Part shown: positions 1-11,667 of the stretch, in pieces
How positions within the stretch are numbered: position 1 is the stretch's first letter
How the letters are laid out: every line of letters starts with the position of its first letter
NCBI GenBank assembly: GCA_963752255.1
Contig: CAVVXT010000005.1
Coordinates: 32,001 to 96,000 of the forward strand
DNA length: 64,000 nt
Source of the DNA: Nitrososphaeria archaeon
GTDB taxonomy: Archaea; Thermoproteota; Nitrososphaeria; JACIWG01
Direction of reading: 5' to 3'
Notes under the pieces: generated by a model
Told to the model about the DNA's origin: nothing
The model's database searches: none
What the model saw: only the letters and a program-made list of their open reading frames with translations
Program-made: the position numbers and the translations under genes

Positions 1-137
1 GCTTGATAAGGCTTTTGATATCTATCAGAGAAGTAAGTGCAACACTCTACAGTCAAATATTTGGTTTGCGGTGAGACTACATAGACCACGGTGCAAAAAG
101 ATTTTAAACATGAAAAATAATTTGATTTAGAACAAGA

Positions 138-1088
138 TTGGAATACACTAATTTGGGTAAAAGTGGAATAAAAATTTCTAGGATAGGTTTAGGTGCTTGG
201 CAAGCGAACATAAAGCAATGGGGTCAAGACTTCACTGAAGAAGACATTATGAAGGCTATGAAGAAATCGTATGAGCTTGGTATCAACCTGATCGATACTG
301 CTGAGTCCTATGGTAATGGATATTCTGAGGAAATAGTTGGTAAAGTAGCAAAGGAAATAGGGCGTGACAATCTTGTCATCGCTACAAAGGTTCATGGAGA
401 GCATTGTCGATACGATGATGTTTTGAGAGCCGCAGAAAAGAGTCTTAAAAGACTAGATATAAAAGAAATAGACCTGTATCAGGTTCATTGGCCTGACCCG
501 TGGGAGCAAATCCCATTAAAAGAGACTATGGGTGCTTTAGAGAAACTTTTCAAGGAAGGAAAGATCAGAGCTGTAGGAGTAAGCAACTTTGCTGTAAGGG
601 ATTTAAAGGAAGCCCAAGGCTATCTTTCTACAACAGACATTGTTTCGAATCAGCTAAGATACAATATGATTCAAAGAGAAATAGAGCATGATGTTCTAAA
701 ATACTGTAAAAGGGAAAAAATAACAGTCATAGCATGGAGCCCTCTAGCGCAGGGTATCTTGACGGGAAAATATGATGTAAACAATAAACCTAAAGATTCT
801 GCGAGATCGGACAATAGGCTGTTCTACGATCACAACCTCAAAGAAATATCGAAACTGCTTAGGGTTCTCAAAGAGATAGCGGATTCCAGGGGCAAAACAA
901 TGGGACAGGTGGCTTTAAACTGGCTTATGAAGGAAAAAAACGTTGTTCCTATTCCGGGTGCAAAGAATACAGATCAAGCCGTAGAAAACGCGAACGCTTG
1001 TGGCTGGAACCTGAGCAGTCAAGATCTCAGGAACATAGATTCTGTTCTTAAGACCATCTCTTTAAGCTACTTCAAGTATTACGATTAG
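138..1088 (+). CDS. Aldo/keto reductase
   Basis: LGKSGIKISRIGLG, IDTAESYG, IATKV, IDLYQVHWP, VGVSNF, WSPLAQG, PIPG motifs. Confidence 0.95.
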   Translation: MEYTNLGKSGIKISRIGLGAWQANIKQWGQDFTEEDIMKAMKKSYELGINLIDTAESYGNGYSEEIVGKVAKEIGRDNLVIATKVHGEHCRYDDVLRAAEKSLKRLDIKEIDLYQVHWPDPWEQIPLKETMGALEKLFKEGKIRAVGVSNFAVRDLKEAQGYLSTTDIVSNQLRYNMIQREIEHDVLKYCKREKITVIAWSPLAQGILTGKYDVNNKPKDSARSDNRLFYDHNLKEISKLLRVLKEIADSRGKTMGQVALNWLMKEKNVVPIPGAKNTDQAVENANACGWNLSSQDLRNIDSVLKTISLSYFKYYD

Positions 1089-1222
1089 AGCTTTAACAGA
1101 TGACATGACCTGTTAGATACACTTTTCTATGCTAAAGTGGAAGAAGTAGAGTTTCTATCATCTGATCTAGGCTTTAAAACCTTAAATTTGATGACGTTAC
1201 TCCCATATATTAGAGGACTTGT

Positions 1223-2200
1223 TTGATGGTGGGTCTACTTGATCCCCTTAAAGTAGGGGAATATATTCTCTCAAATCGTATTGTCATGCCCCCTATGCTT
1301 ACCAATCTAGCTACTTCATACGGAAACGTGACCGACCGGCTGGTTGAGCACTACAGTAGACGCGCTGAAATGCTGGGTCTCTTGATAGTTGAAGCTTCAT
1401 ATGTGTCTAAGGGTGCCAATTTAGGTGAAAAACAGTTGGGAATATTTGATGAAAGTTTGGTCTCAGGTTTACGCAGACTTTCAGAAGCCATACACGGAAA
1501 GGGTACACCGGCTATTTTACAGATAATGCATTCCGGTGCAAAAGCTTACGTTGGTTCGGGAGGGCTTCAACCAGTTGCTCCTTCAGCTATCGAATGCGCA
1601 CGACAACTCAAAGTTAGTGAAATTGAACCGTTGCTTGACAGTTTTGCGGAGGCCACAGAAAGAGCAGTTAAATCAGGGTTTGATGGTGTTGAAGTTCATG
1701 GTGCACACGGCTTCTTGGTGAACCAGTTCTTTTCACCTCTAAGTAACAGACGAAACGACAAATATGGGGGGTCCCTTGAGAATAGGATGAGGTTTCCTTT
1801 AGAAGTTGTTGAAAGAGTTAAGGAGAAGGTCGGTAAAAAACTGGTGCTCTATCGAATAGGTGCTGAAGACCTTAACCCGAACGGCGCAAAAATAGAGGAT
1901 TCCGTCGAATTGGCTAAGAGATTAGAGGGATCGGGTGTTGACATAATTGACGTGTCAGGAGGCCTTTGCGGCAGCAGTCCTCCGGAATTACAAAATGTTC
2001 AAGGATACTTTATTCCACAAGCTCATAGGATCAAAAGTGCAGTTAAGGTTCCTGTCATCGGAGTTGGGAACATTAAGGACGCGAAATATGCCAATAAGCT
2101 AGTAGAAGAGGGGACAGTAGACCTTGTAGCAATAGGAAGGGGACTTATTAAAAACCCTCATTGGGCTGCTGAGGCGGTTAAGGCATTAAAAGATCAATAA
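1223..2200 (+). CDS. NADH:flavin oxidoreductase (Old Yellow Enzyme family)
   Basis: NRIVMPPM, GFDGVEVHGAHGFLVNQFFSP, NRRNDKYGGSLENR. Confidence 0.95.
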   Translation: MMVGLLDPLKVGEYILSNRIVMPPMLTNLATSYGNVTDRLVEHYSRRAEMLGLLIVEASYVSKGANLGEKQLGIFDESLVSGLRRLSEAIHGKGTPAILQIMHSGAKAYVGSGGLQPVAPSAIECARQLKVSEIEPLLDSFAEATERAVKSGFDGVEVHGAHGFLVNQFFSPLSNRRNDKYGGSLENRMRFPLEVVERVKEKVGKKLVLYRIGAEDLNPNGAKIEDSVELAKRLEGSGVDIIDVSGGLCGSSPPELQNVQGYFIPQAHRIKSAVKVPVIGVGNIKDAKYANKLVEEGTVDLVAIGRGLIKNPHWAAEAVKALKDQ

Positions 2201-2315
2201 TAGTTTACAGTATTAGCTTTAGAGAAGCAAACGGTGGCCAAGACCTAAATAAAAGATGCTTTAAATTCATTCTGCTACATAAAGGGTAGCCCGATTTCCA
2301 GACATTTGTAGGTTC

Positions 2316-2504
2316 CTACTTCGTTTCCGTGCAGGGTTCTCCTTCTTTACCCCAATTAATCTTTTCAACATCGTATATTATTACTGTGACAGCATCCGGT
2401 TTTAAATCTAAGGTTTTACAGAGCGCCTTTGTCACTTCTTCTATTATCCTCTTTTTCTGGGCCGCGGTTCTTCCCGCCCACATACTAATTTGAACTAGTG
2501 GCAT
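2316..2504 (-). CDS. 4-oxalocrotonate tautomerase family protein
   Basis: N-terminal MP, GRTAAQKKRII, NWGKEG; 62 aa. Confidence 0.9.
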   Translation of the reverse strand: MPLVQISMWAGRTAAQKKRIIEEVTKALCKTLDLKPDAVTVIIYDVEKINWGKEGEPCTETK

Positions 2505-2799
2505 TTAAATCGCCTGCCATATGTTTCCATGAACTGATATTAATTCTTATACTCCAAAAATCAATGAATATTCGGTCGGATACTTTCTCCACATCTAGGC
2601 AGTTTGGGAGAACATGTCTAAAAATTCCATATACAATGGATACAGAACCTTTAATTTTTCCTTTTCTTGGGTTTCATATCATATTTGTTCATGGTCCTTT
2701 GGGCTATGCCATGGATCCGAGTAATACCTGTAGCACTACATGTTCCTGCTTTTTCAATGTCACTAATTCGCATTCATATAATAACTGTCCTCGTGATCG

Positions 2800-2932
2800 T
2801 AATGGCTGTTTTCTGGTTCCATTTTACTTAGTTAATATGATTCCATATATAACTACACTCATTATTGTAGTATTAGCTATCGGAAAAAAGAGATTTCCTA
2901 AAGAAAGTGGTAAAACATACAAAAGAGAATAA
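2800..2932 (+). pseudogene. C-terminal relic of a nucleoside/sugar ABC permease
   Basis: VPFYLVNMIPYITTLIIVVL...PKESGKTYKRE resembles the end of BMP-type ABC permeases; upstream part absent; left boundary approximate. Confidence 0.55.
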
Positions 2933-3050
2933 CCAATTTAGTTGACCTTTAAAATTATCCCTTTTCCCACTAAACAGCAAAATTAATTATTATAGCATCT
3001 ATATTCCGATTCGCCCAAGTTCTTTATTTTATCTCCAGCTATCTCTGCGA

Positions 3051-3392
3051 TTATTTTGACTCGATCCTTATCTCAACCTTTTCATACCTTAACATCAAAG
3101 ACTTTTTGATCTCTTCGGCTTCAGCCAGGTTCTCCTTTCCATAGACTTCAAAGATCCATTTTGATGTCGAACCCGAATAGAAGTCTTTCGTTGATATCTT
3201 ACCTAAAAAGATGGGGGCTTGCTCCTTCTTCCCAAAAAATCCTTTTACAGGTGGCAATATCTTCAAAATACCTATAATATCACCCCGAGGTTCCTCTATT
3301 TTTTTACCAAAAGAATCTGTAATCTGATATCCCTTCTCCTTTAGAACTTTAGCTATCCCTACGACCAATGGTTCAGCATAGCCTACCACCAA
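3051..3392 (-). CDS. Hypothetical protein
   Basis: 113-aa ORF with protein-like composition, TATA-like AT tract upstream. Confidence 0.7.
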   Translation of the reverse strand: MVVGYAEPLVVGIAKVLKEKGYQITDSFGKKIEEPRGDIIGILKILPPVKGFFGKKEQAPIFLGKISTKDFYSGSTSKWIFEVYGKENLAEAEEIKKSLMLRYEKVEIRIESK

Positions 3393-3633
3393 TACCTTCC
3401 TTTAATTATAAAGTCAAGAACATACTTATAAATCTACTCTTATTTCAAAGAGAACACTTAGAAAAACATCCGCTCTAATAAGAGCTTCCTAATATTAAAA
3501 TTGCACTATGCCTTTTATTGTAGATTGGCTGCTTACATTATCTAGTTTCGGAATAATGAACTTTCCTTTGACGAATGATCCCTTTCTATTTTACTTGTGT
3601 GACACGATTCTTTTGCGGAGGTTTTTTTCCTGA

Positions 3634-5115
3634 TTAAAGGTTAGTTACGTAAACGTTCATTTCTTCTTCTTTAAGAGTGGTTTGTAGTCCAGCCATCTTT
3701 ATCTCTTCCATAGAGAGATTTATCCAAGTTGAAAAAATGCTTGGATTAGGTCTGTTAGGAACAAAATCGGGGTCTACTGAATACAATAGTCCGTAACCGC
3801 GAGCTTGAGCAACCTGCAGAAGCACATGTTTTGACGCCCAATAATCTAGAGCTATTGGGTCTTTGCTCGCCATGATGACATTTACTCTTGTGGCCGTATC
3901 ATAGTATGTTTGAGGACCTTTCCCGGGTCTCGCATTTATCCATATGGCATCGAGTATATTTAGTGTCGGTATCCTCGTTTCAGCCATCAATGTCCCCATT
4001 CCACCTTTTCCGATAGATAGATGGGTACCACCTAAAGTAACGCCAGAGCCACCTGTAAGCCTATCTGATGGTACGCCCATGTAATGTTTTGTACAACCTG
4101 TAACGCCATAGGCGGAGTGAGTCTTTAAAACTGGGACGTTGATCACTTTAAGCTTCTCGCTACTGTAAGATTTTGTTTGATTATCCCATAACCCATTTTT
4201 AAAGCTGATGTATGTTCCGAACTTGGTCTTGAATTTCGGGTAGGAAACCTGTATTCCAGTTTTTTCGTTAACATTCTCCTGCACGACATAACCATCTTCC
4301 AAATCTCCTTGAGAATACTCCTCTACTTTATTAAGTGTAATATTATCCCAAAGATATGTCGAAATCTTATAAGAACCTGTTGAAGAATCAACGACCTTCT
4401 GCACCGACTGAGAGATATCTTCAGCATTATTCTTCTCATAGTCAAGATGCCCACCGTCGCTCAAAGAGCCGCGTCCGGGACCGCCTTGTCCATTATCTGC
4501 CACAACAATTTCTCCTACGAACCCGTCAGGATGACCCTTTATAGCTTCGATTATGGCCTTTATTAGGTCAGTGTTTGTTCCTCCCCTTTCATTCCATTGC
4601 GAATTTACTTTAATGAGGAGAACATCATCTTTAGCAATTAGTCCTTCCTGTCCCTGATTGCTTCCTTCTTTACCTGAATTATAGAACAAGAGATTATTGT
4701 GGCCCATAAGGTCTATGAGCGTTTCAAAGCCGTTATCCTGTCCCGTTGCGCCGTTTACTACGAAAATATCTGATGAAGGTTGGGTTTTTGCCAAACTACT
4801 CTCAAATGCAAGTTCCATATAGTCTCCTTGAGCCGTTGTCGTGGTTGAGATAGTTGAAGAAGATGAAGTGCTTGTAGTAGTTGAGGGAATAGTACTTGTA
4901 GTACTGATAGCGCTCGAGCTGTAAGAAGTTGAGCTAGATAGTGAAGTTGTGGTAACAGGTGTAGAAGTTGTAATAGTAGTTGGAGGAGATGTTGTGCTAG
5001 TGTGGCCTGGTAAGTAACCAAAATAAAAATACGCTCCCACAGCAGCAACGGCAGCAGCAGAAAGCCCTATCATACTCCTTCTTGAGACGGAATGCTTCTT
5101 TGCTTTATTAACCAT
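3634..5115 (-). CDS. Exported DUF362-like protein with twin-arginine-like signal and Ser/Thr linker
   Basis: SRRSMI + hydrophobic segment, long S/T-rich linker, VLLIKVN, INVPVLKTH..GVTGCTKHYMG, DPIALDY. Confidence 0.8.
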   Translation of the reverse strand: MVNKAKKHSVSRRSMIGLSAAAVAAVGAYFYFGYLPGHTSTTSPPTTITTSTPVTTTSLSSSTSYSSSAISTTSTIPSTTTSTSSSSTISTTTTAQGDYMELAFESSLAKTQPSSDIFVVNGATGQDNGFETLIDLMGHNNLLFYNSGKEGSNQGQEGLIAKDDVLLIKVNSQWNERGGTNTDLIKAIIEAIKGHPDGFVGEIVVADNGQGGPGRGSLSDGGHLDYEKNNAEDISQSVQKVVDSSTGSYKISTYLWDNITLNKVEEYSQGDLEDGYVVQENVNEKTGIQVSYPKFKTKFGTYISFKNGLWDNQTKSYSSEKLKVINVPVLKTHSAYGVTGCTKHYMGVPSDRLTGGSGVTLGGTHLSIGKGGMGTLMAETRIPTLNILDAIWINARPGKGPQTYYDTATRVNVIMASKDPIALDYWASKHVLLQVAQARGYGLLYSVDPDFVPNRPNPSIFSTWINLSMEEIKMAGLQTTLKEEEMNVYVTNL

Positions 5116-5237
5116 TTTTAAATAACTCTCTTTTAAAGTTAGAGCCCGTATAAATATATTAGCTTTTTCATCGGAAAAATTGGTTTACCTTTAAAGCCAA
5201 GGTACAAAAGTAAAACCATCTTTCAGAAAGAAGGGTA

Positions 5238-6125
5238 TTACAAAAATTTCCTTATCGCATCTGCTATAATAGGTGCAGCGCTGACTAAACCGACAGGGCT
5301 TGGAACCGTATCTGATCCTATAATGACTTCAGCACCTGCATCCAAGATCTTTGCGTAGGAATCTCCGATGAGCAAGGGATGAGCGCACATTACGATTACT
5401 CTGTTTGCTCCGTAGTTTTGAAGGACCTTAACCGTTTCAACCATCGTGCCTCCTGTGCTAATGATATCATCGATGACCACGACATTACGATCGTTGACGC
5501 TTCGGAGCCTCGTCTTTATCTCAACTTTATCAGGCCCCAGTCGAACCTTTTCAAGCGTATCGTATTCGCAGTTCAGAATTTCGGATGAAATCTTAGCCCA
5601 TTGTTCTGCCTCCTCATCGGGCGCTATAACGATAGGTTTATCTAATGTGAAGTTCTGTTTAACATACTGAGTCAAAAGGGGAACCACTGACAAGTTGTGA
5701 GCTGGAATATTGAACACTTTGGAAATATCGTTAACTCTATGAAGATGTGTATCGATCGTGAAGAGCTCATCCGTCCCCACATTTTCTATCAACCTGGTCA
5801 CCGTCTGGAAGCTTATAGCCTCCCCGGGGTTAAATCGCCTATCCTGTCTTGCGTATGCAAAATATGGTATAACACCAATGACTCTCTTAGCCCCAAGATC
5901 TTTCAGGGCTTTGACGAGTAGAAAATATTCGAATAAGTGTTCATCAGGTACATGATACATGGACTGTATAACTACTATGGTATCCCCTTTTACATCATCC
6001 ATTATTCTAACATATTTTTCTCCATCTGGAAACTTTTTGGCCTGAAGCTTAGAAACCGCTATGCCAAGCTCTCGACCTACCTTCAGAGCAAGCACGTCTG
6101 AGGCTGAACCTCCTATTAACAGCAT
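5238..6125 (-). CDS. prs: Ribose-phosphate pyrophosphokinase
   Basis: KFPDGEKYVRI, PYFAYARQDR, VVVIDDIISTGGT. Confidence 0.95.
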   Translation of the reverse strand: MLLIGGSASDVLALKVGRELGIAVSKLQAKKFPDGEKYVRIMDDVKGDTIVVIQSMYHVPDEHLFEYFLLVKALKDLGAKRVIGVIPYFAYARQDRRFNPGEAISFQTVTRLIENVGTDELFTIDTHLHRVNDISKVFNIPAHNLSVVPLLTQYVKQNFTLDKPIVIAPDEEAEQWAKISSEILNCEYDTLEKVRLGPDKVEIKTRLRSVNDRNVVVIDDIISTGGTMVETVKVLQNYGANRVIVMCAHPLLIGDSYAKILDAGAEVIIGSDTVPSPVGLVSAAPIIADAIRKFL

Positions 6126-6286
6126 TAACCAATCGTAAGGTATTTACTTCTATTAAAATATTAATTTTAGGTCGTTTCAATTAACTCCTGCAGAGTAAAA
6201 TTTATGGTTATGGGAACAAAAAAAATATGTATGTTAGCCATAATGATCCAAGAAGATATAAAAGAATAGGCATGTAAACACTTTAG

Positions 6287-6859
6287 ATGAAAAAGTTAGA
6301 AGTTCGTATGGCTGCTGAAGAAAAAATCTATCTAATTAAAGGAGACATAACCGATCAAGACACCGATGCTATAGTTAACGCTGCAAATCCCAGTCTTATG
6401 GGGGGAGGAGGTGTCGATGGGGCCATACATCGGTCGGGAGGCCCGAAAATATTGGAGGAATGTAAACGAATAAGGGCTAAAGACTGGCCTAATGGTCTTC
6501 CAACGGGGAAGGCTGTAATCACTTCAGGAGGAAACTTGAAGGCTAAGTACGTAATTCACACCGTAGGCCCTATATGGTTTGGGGGGAATAGAGGTGAGCA
6601 AGAGCTCCTAGCAGACTCGTATAGAAACTCGCTTATGTTGGCTGTAAATAAGGGACTGAAAACGATATCTTTTCCCTCGATAAGTACAGGAGCGTACGGT
6701 TATCCCATTGAAAAAGCAAGTGAAGTTGCTCTAACTGTCGTAAAGGAGTTTCTTGACGAGCAAGAAGATCTTGGCAAAGTGGCCTTTGTTCTTTTTAGTC
6801 AGCATGATTTCCAAGCCTATAAAGAGACATCTAAAAGGATTCTAGAAAAAAATCCTTAA
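6287..6859 (+). CDS. Macrodomain O-acetyl-ADP-ribose deacetylase
   Basis: GDIT..DAIVNAAN..LMGGGGVDGAIH, VIHTVGP, FPSISTGAYGYP. Confidence 0.95.
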   Translation: MKKLEVRMAAEEKIYLIKGDITDQDTDAIVNAANPSLMGGGGVDGAIHRSGGPKILEECKRIRAKDWPNGLPTGKAVITSGGNLKAKYVIHTVGPIWFGGNRGEQELLADSYRNSLMLAVNKGLKTISFPSISTGAYGYPIEKASEVALTVVKEFLDEQEDLGKVAFVLFSQHDFQAYKETSKRILEKNP

Positions 6860-6937
6860 CGCCGATCATTACCGATTCTCTAAAACAGTCTTGAAATAAT
6901 ATTTTGAACACTTTCTAAGGCTTTGTTGACTTGACTT

Positions 6938-7495
6938 TTACACATTTTTTAGAGAAACCAATATCAACCAAATAGAAGCCATGATTATTGTCGCCGTCTC
7001 TTGTATTGCTAGGCCGTGCCAGGGCCACTGTTCAAACCAAATAATCGCGCACGTGATTCCAAAGACTAGGGATAAGGCTCCTATCTTTGGAGTACCAAGA
7101 GGCCACGAGAGAAAGCTGTAGACAAGCATCGTAACAACCGCCGCTAGAAAGAAAATCACCGATACCGTTCCATGAATTCCTCCAGCATCCTCGTTGAACA
7201 CTCCTATCAAGAAGAGACTGATAGAGGATACAGTAAAAAGCGGTGTCCATAACAAGAATTTCCAAGAACGTTTAACATATGACAGAAGTAGGTTAAACGA
7301 AATCGAGAGTAAGCCAGCCATCATAACTCCTAAGTCGAATATGTATGCGGCATAACCATTACGCGATATGCTGCCAAGGTCGCTCAAAGCGTTATCGTAA
7401 ATGCTAAACCATGGTGAGAGAACAATGGAAGCTACAATAAATAAGTATGGAAAAGTGGCCCCTATGATTCCTATAGTCTTAATCAGTTTAATCAT
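6938..7495 (-). CDS. DUF998-like membrane protein
   Basis: PWFSIYDNALSDLG, LIGVFNE..IH; multiple TM helices. Confidence 0.8.
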   Translation of the reverse strand: MIKLIKTIGIIGATFPYLFIVASIVLSPWFSIYDNALSDLGSISRNGYAAYIFDLGVMMAGLLSISFNLLLSYVKRSWKFLLWTPLFTVSSISLFLIGVFNEDAGGIHGTVSVIFFLAAVVTMLVYSFLSWPLGTPKIGALSLVFGITCAIIWFEQWPWHGLAIQETATIIMASIWLILVSLKNV

Positions 7496-7671
7496 ACAAC
7501 ATGTAAATGGAAAGACTGATAATTAACTATTATAGTGCCCCTCTTAGAAATTGATGATTTAGACTTATTTTAAATTCTTTATTATTCATATGGATTAGAA
7601 ATGTTATTAGTACCCAAATTTGTAAGCCTATACCAAGAAGATAGTACGATGACAGTTTACGTAACTGTAGT

Positions 7672-7986
7672 TTATGTTTGCTCGGATTTTTGTCCTTTAT
7701 TTCTGAACAAATAAATTGATAGAATGACTTCTACAATGATATTTCCAACTGCAAAAAGTGTAGCAGAAACTAAGTTTATGGAAACGATATATAGAATCAG
7801 AAGGCTTATCAAGATCCACACAAATACAAACTCTATTATAATTTGAGATGCCCCTGTTCTCTTTTGTACGCCTTCTCTACGCTTTTTCCTACTATCAAAA
7901 AAAAGATAGATGCTAATTAAGATTATGAATATGATACTAAAGGTAATGGTTATTACCCACCAAGTGAATAGATTAAATTCTATCAT
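7672..7986 (-). CDS. Small membrane protein (3 TM)
   Basis: Hydrophobic 104-aa ORF directly downstream of the P-type ATPase. Confidence 0.7.
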   Translation of the reverse strand: MIEFNLFTWWVITITFSIIFIILISIYLFFDSRKKRREGVQKRTGASQIIIEFVFVWILISLLILYIVSINLVSATLFAVGNIIVEVILSIYLFRNKGQKSEQT

Positions 7987-7999
7987 TTTCTATACACCA

Positions 8000-10574
8000 T
8001 TAGAACTTGCATATCTTATAAAAGAACACCTTTCCAGCGTCCACTAACAAAAGATAGGTGAGAACCATGAGAATTAGGAGAACCCAATAATATGCTGGAA
8101 GTGCTACAAACCCAAGGAAACTTCCTAGGAATGTGAATGGAAGTATAGTTCCAAAAGCTACCAAGGATAGTGTAAATATCGTTAGCCATTTTCCAGGACG
8201 ACTAGTTGACAAATGGTATACGTCTTGTTCTGATTACGAATATTACCAGGACTTCTGTCCAGAATGATTCTACGAACCATCCACTTTGGAATAGGGGTGC
8301 CTTGTCTACAGTTACAGCTCCAAATATGAAAAGCATAATGCCGAATGTTAGAAAATCGTAAAGTGAACTAAAGGGTCCAAAGAAGAGTGTGAACTTCCTT
8401 ACGAAGCTGATATCCCATTTCTTAGGCCATTTGGTGTATTCTTCATCGACATTATCTGTTGGGAGAGTCATGTTCGACATGTCGTAAAGTAGGTTCATGA
8501 AGAGTATCTGCATAGGTAGCATCGGAAGGAACGGGAGAAACACTGCTGCTGCAGCTACACTAAACATGTTTCCAAAGTTTGAACTTGTCCCCATCAAAAT
8601 GTATTTAGTAGTATTGCCAAAGATCTTGCGCCCCTCTTCTATTCCATTAGCAAGTGTGCCTAAATCCTTCTCAAGGAGCACTATGTCTGCTGCGTCCTTT
8701 GAGACGTCAACCGCAGTGTCTACAGAAATGCCCACATCTGCCTCATAGAGAGCTGGAGCGTCGTTAACTCCATCCCCCATAAAACCAACGACGTGACCGT
8801 TTTTCTTTAAGGCTTTAATAACATCGAGCTTCTGTTCAGGAGTGATCCTCGCAAATATCGTGGTCTCTTCTACTAACTCTTGAAATTCGACAGTACTCAT
8901 CTGTGCTAGCTCTGAACCATTAACTACTTTATTGACAGAGATCTTAAGATCTTCACAGACCTTTCTTGCAACAAGTTCGTTGTCTCCAGTTAATATTTTG
9001 ACCGTAACCCCCATCTCTTTTAATTTTTCAATAGATTGATGTGCACTCTCCTTAGGTGGGTCAGTAAATATCAGAAATCCCAAAAAAGTCAGATCATTTT
9101 CATCCTCAACTGAATACAGTTTTTTTTCTTCTATTTGGCGATAAGCGATAGCGAGAATACGATATCCCTGTTGTGAAAGATTGAGGAATTTTGCGTTAAT
9201 AGAATCGATTGTATCACTTATAAATACGTTCTTTTCAATTATGTCAACGCTTTTGCATTTTGGAATGATCGATTCTGGGGCCCCTTTTGTTATGAGCATT
9301 AAGCCCCCTTCCTTTCTAACTATAACCGACATCATTCGTCTTTGATAATCGAAAGGAATTTCTTCCACTTTAGAGTATGTCTCCAAACCTTTCTGATTGT
9401 TGTTCTTTATCGCGTATTCCCAAATTGAAGCGTCGATAGGATTTCCAGTAACTTTCGCTCCAATGATAGCTGTGTTACAAAGTAAGGCGTATGTTAAAAT
9501 TCTAGGATCCTTATCTTCTTCAAGACTATAATAGTCTTTTAGACCGATCTTCCCATCTGTAAGTGTGCCAGTCTTATCTGTATAAAGAATGTCCATGTTT
9601 CCAAAATCTTCAATGGACACTAAGCGTTTTACAATGACCTTTAACTTAGCCATATTTCTGGCTCCTTGTGAAAGGCTTATGGTTACTATGGCGGGCATAA
9701 GTTCAGGAACTAGCCCAACTGCAACCGCAAGAGAGAAGAGAAGCGCGTCTACCATCGGACGACCAACGATTATTAGAGCAGCGAAAATTCCGATGGCCAG
9801 GGCAAGGGTTAGAGTCATAAGCAGGGTTCCATATCTCTTAACTCCTCTCTGGAATTCAGTTTCCGGGTGAGATCTTGTTAAACTCTTAGATATGGACCCT
9901 AGTTCTGTGTTTTTTCCAGTTGAGAAGACAACTCCTAGTCCGCTACCGTGTTCAACTGTGGTGCCCATGAATAGGTAGTTTTTTAATTGCTGTGGTGTAG
10001 GATTTTTGATATCGATTGGATCCTTTGTTTTTTCGACTGGAAACGATTCTCCAGTAAAGGTTGCTTCGTTAACTTCGAGGCTATTGTATTCAACTATCCT
10101 CATGTCTGCTGGAACAATATCGCCCACATAGACTGTGACGATGTCCCCTGGAACCAAAAAACTTGAATCGATTTCAGAATTTTTTCCATCCCTCTTAACA
10201 ACTGCTTTCAGAGATACACTTTTCCTGAGGTCGTCAACGATCTTTTCCGCTTTATTTTCATTGTAGAAACCTAAAATAACGCTTATAACAATCATTGAAA
10301 GTATAACTATAGACTGATCGAACTCACCAAAGAAGCCCGCTATAACGGCAGCCGCGATCAGAATTGTAAATATTGGATTCTTTAATTGCCTTAAGAACAC
10401 TTGGATTCCACTAAAGGCTTGTCTTGGCAGTAGGTTTTGACCGTATGTTTTAAGCCGTTGCTGAGCTTCCCGTTGTGATAAACCTTCCAAATTTGTCTCA
10501 AGAGCCTTGTAAACGTCTATCGGAGGAGGTGACCAGTAATCAGTGCGTTTAAGAATAGTTTGGTCTTTCGACAT
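8000..10574 (-). CDS. mgtA: Mg2+-translocating P-type ATPase (frameshift near 8205)
   Basis: TGES, VPELMP, DKTGTLT, KGAPE, TGDN, GDGVNDAP, SSNFGNMFS, FQSGWFVES; last TM helices continue in ORF 8000..8212. Confidence 0.9.
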
Positions 10575-10659
10575 TTTTATACCTCCAAAAAGCTGCTCTA
10601 AAGCCCTAAAAAATATGGAGATAAAGGTGTTTAGAAAACTTTAATTCGTGGAATTCAGC

Positions 10660-11430
10660 TTATTCAGGCTCTTCGTGTATATCTATCCTTGAGACGTTTG
10701 GATATTCGTTTCTAACAGCTTTCTCGATTTCATTAGATATCTCATGAGCTTTTTCCAAACTGATCTCTGGATCGAAATGGCAGTGTAGGACTAAATGTAA
10801 ATTGCCACCTATTCTGCGGACTTCAATATCGTGCACTTTCTTGACTTCCGGAAAACGTTTTGCTACATGTTCAATATACAATTCCAGTTCCGCGTCGACC
10901 CCTATCATTTCCCTAGATATTCTATCCGATGCTGATTCGATGTGGACAGTAACATCTTCAAAACCTAGGTTTAATGCTCTTATCCTTCTCTCAACCTCTT
11001 CTGATATGTCGTGAGCTTGTTTGATGGTAATGTTAGCGCTCACTTCAAGGTGAAAGTCTACGAGCAATTTTCCATTTATCTTTTGAATATGAATATTATG
11101 CACTCCTCTCGAACCGGGAACTCCTTCTGCTGTTTCTTTTATGACCATCCATATATTTTCGTGACCAATTTTTAGCGGCTGTGTGTTGACCGTAACTCTT
11201 GAATTAGGAATAATATTTTTTACTTCTCTTTCAACATTTAATGCAATTCGATGAGCCTCGTCGAGCTCTAAATTGCTGTCAAGCCAAACATTTATCGAAA
11301 TGTCATACCTTTTTCCTGTAATTCGAACTCTTGGTTGGTCACAGCCTCTAACCTCCTTTATTGACTCAACCCTTTTCTTAACTATTTTTGATATCTCTTC
11401 GCTAGAGCGTTCTATTAAAGGGAGTGGCAA
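10660..11430 (-). CDS. Soluble protein of three tandem cation-efflux (CDF) C-terminal dimerisation domains
   Basis: Three repeats of V..VH.I.(V/I)R...(D/H).(E/H)...AH.I...(V/I)E......V..H.EP; no TM segment. Confidence 0.8.
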   Translation of the reverse strand: MPLPLIERSSEEISKIVKKRVESIKEVRGCDQPRVRITGKRYDISINVWLDSNLELDEAHRIALNVEREVKNIIPNSRVTVNTQPLKIGHENIWMVIKETAEGVPGSRGVHNIHIQKINGKLLVDFHLEVSANITIKQAHDISEEVERRIRALNLGFEDVTVHIESASDRISREMIGVDAELELYIEHVAKRFPEVKKVHDIEVRRIGGNLHLVLHCHFDPEISLEKAHEISNEIEKAVRNEYPNVSRIDIHEEPE

Positions 11431-11667
11431 TATTTATTCTCCGTATAATATATATCTTATAGTGTATATTTAATGATATTATAAAAAAGGTCTGTTATCC
11501 TATTGAAAAATATCTTCAACATGTTACTTAATTTATTGGAGTGGTCTTATCTAAAGAAAGCAATCTAATGACACTCTTATATGATGTTACGTTAGTAACA
11601 GTTATGATAATAGTTGAAAAACTTATTTTATGGTTATAATCACAAATTTTAAACAGATAACCAAATT

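Noticed and set aside
2498-2932. 144-aa ORF as a full gene
   Set aside because: Only the last ~40 aa look like a real protein (permease tail); the rest overlaps the tautomerase promoter
4820-5000. Low-complexity GTA/GTT/GAA-rich tract
   Set aside because: Encodes the Ser/Thr linker of the DUF362-like protein
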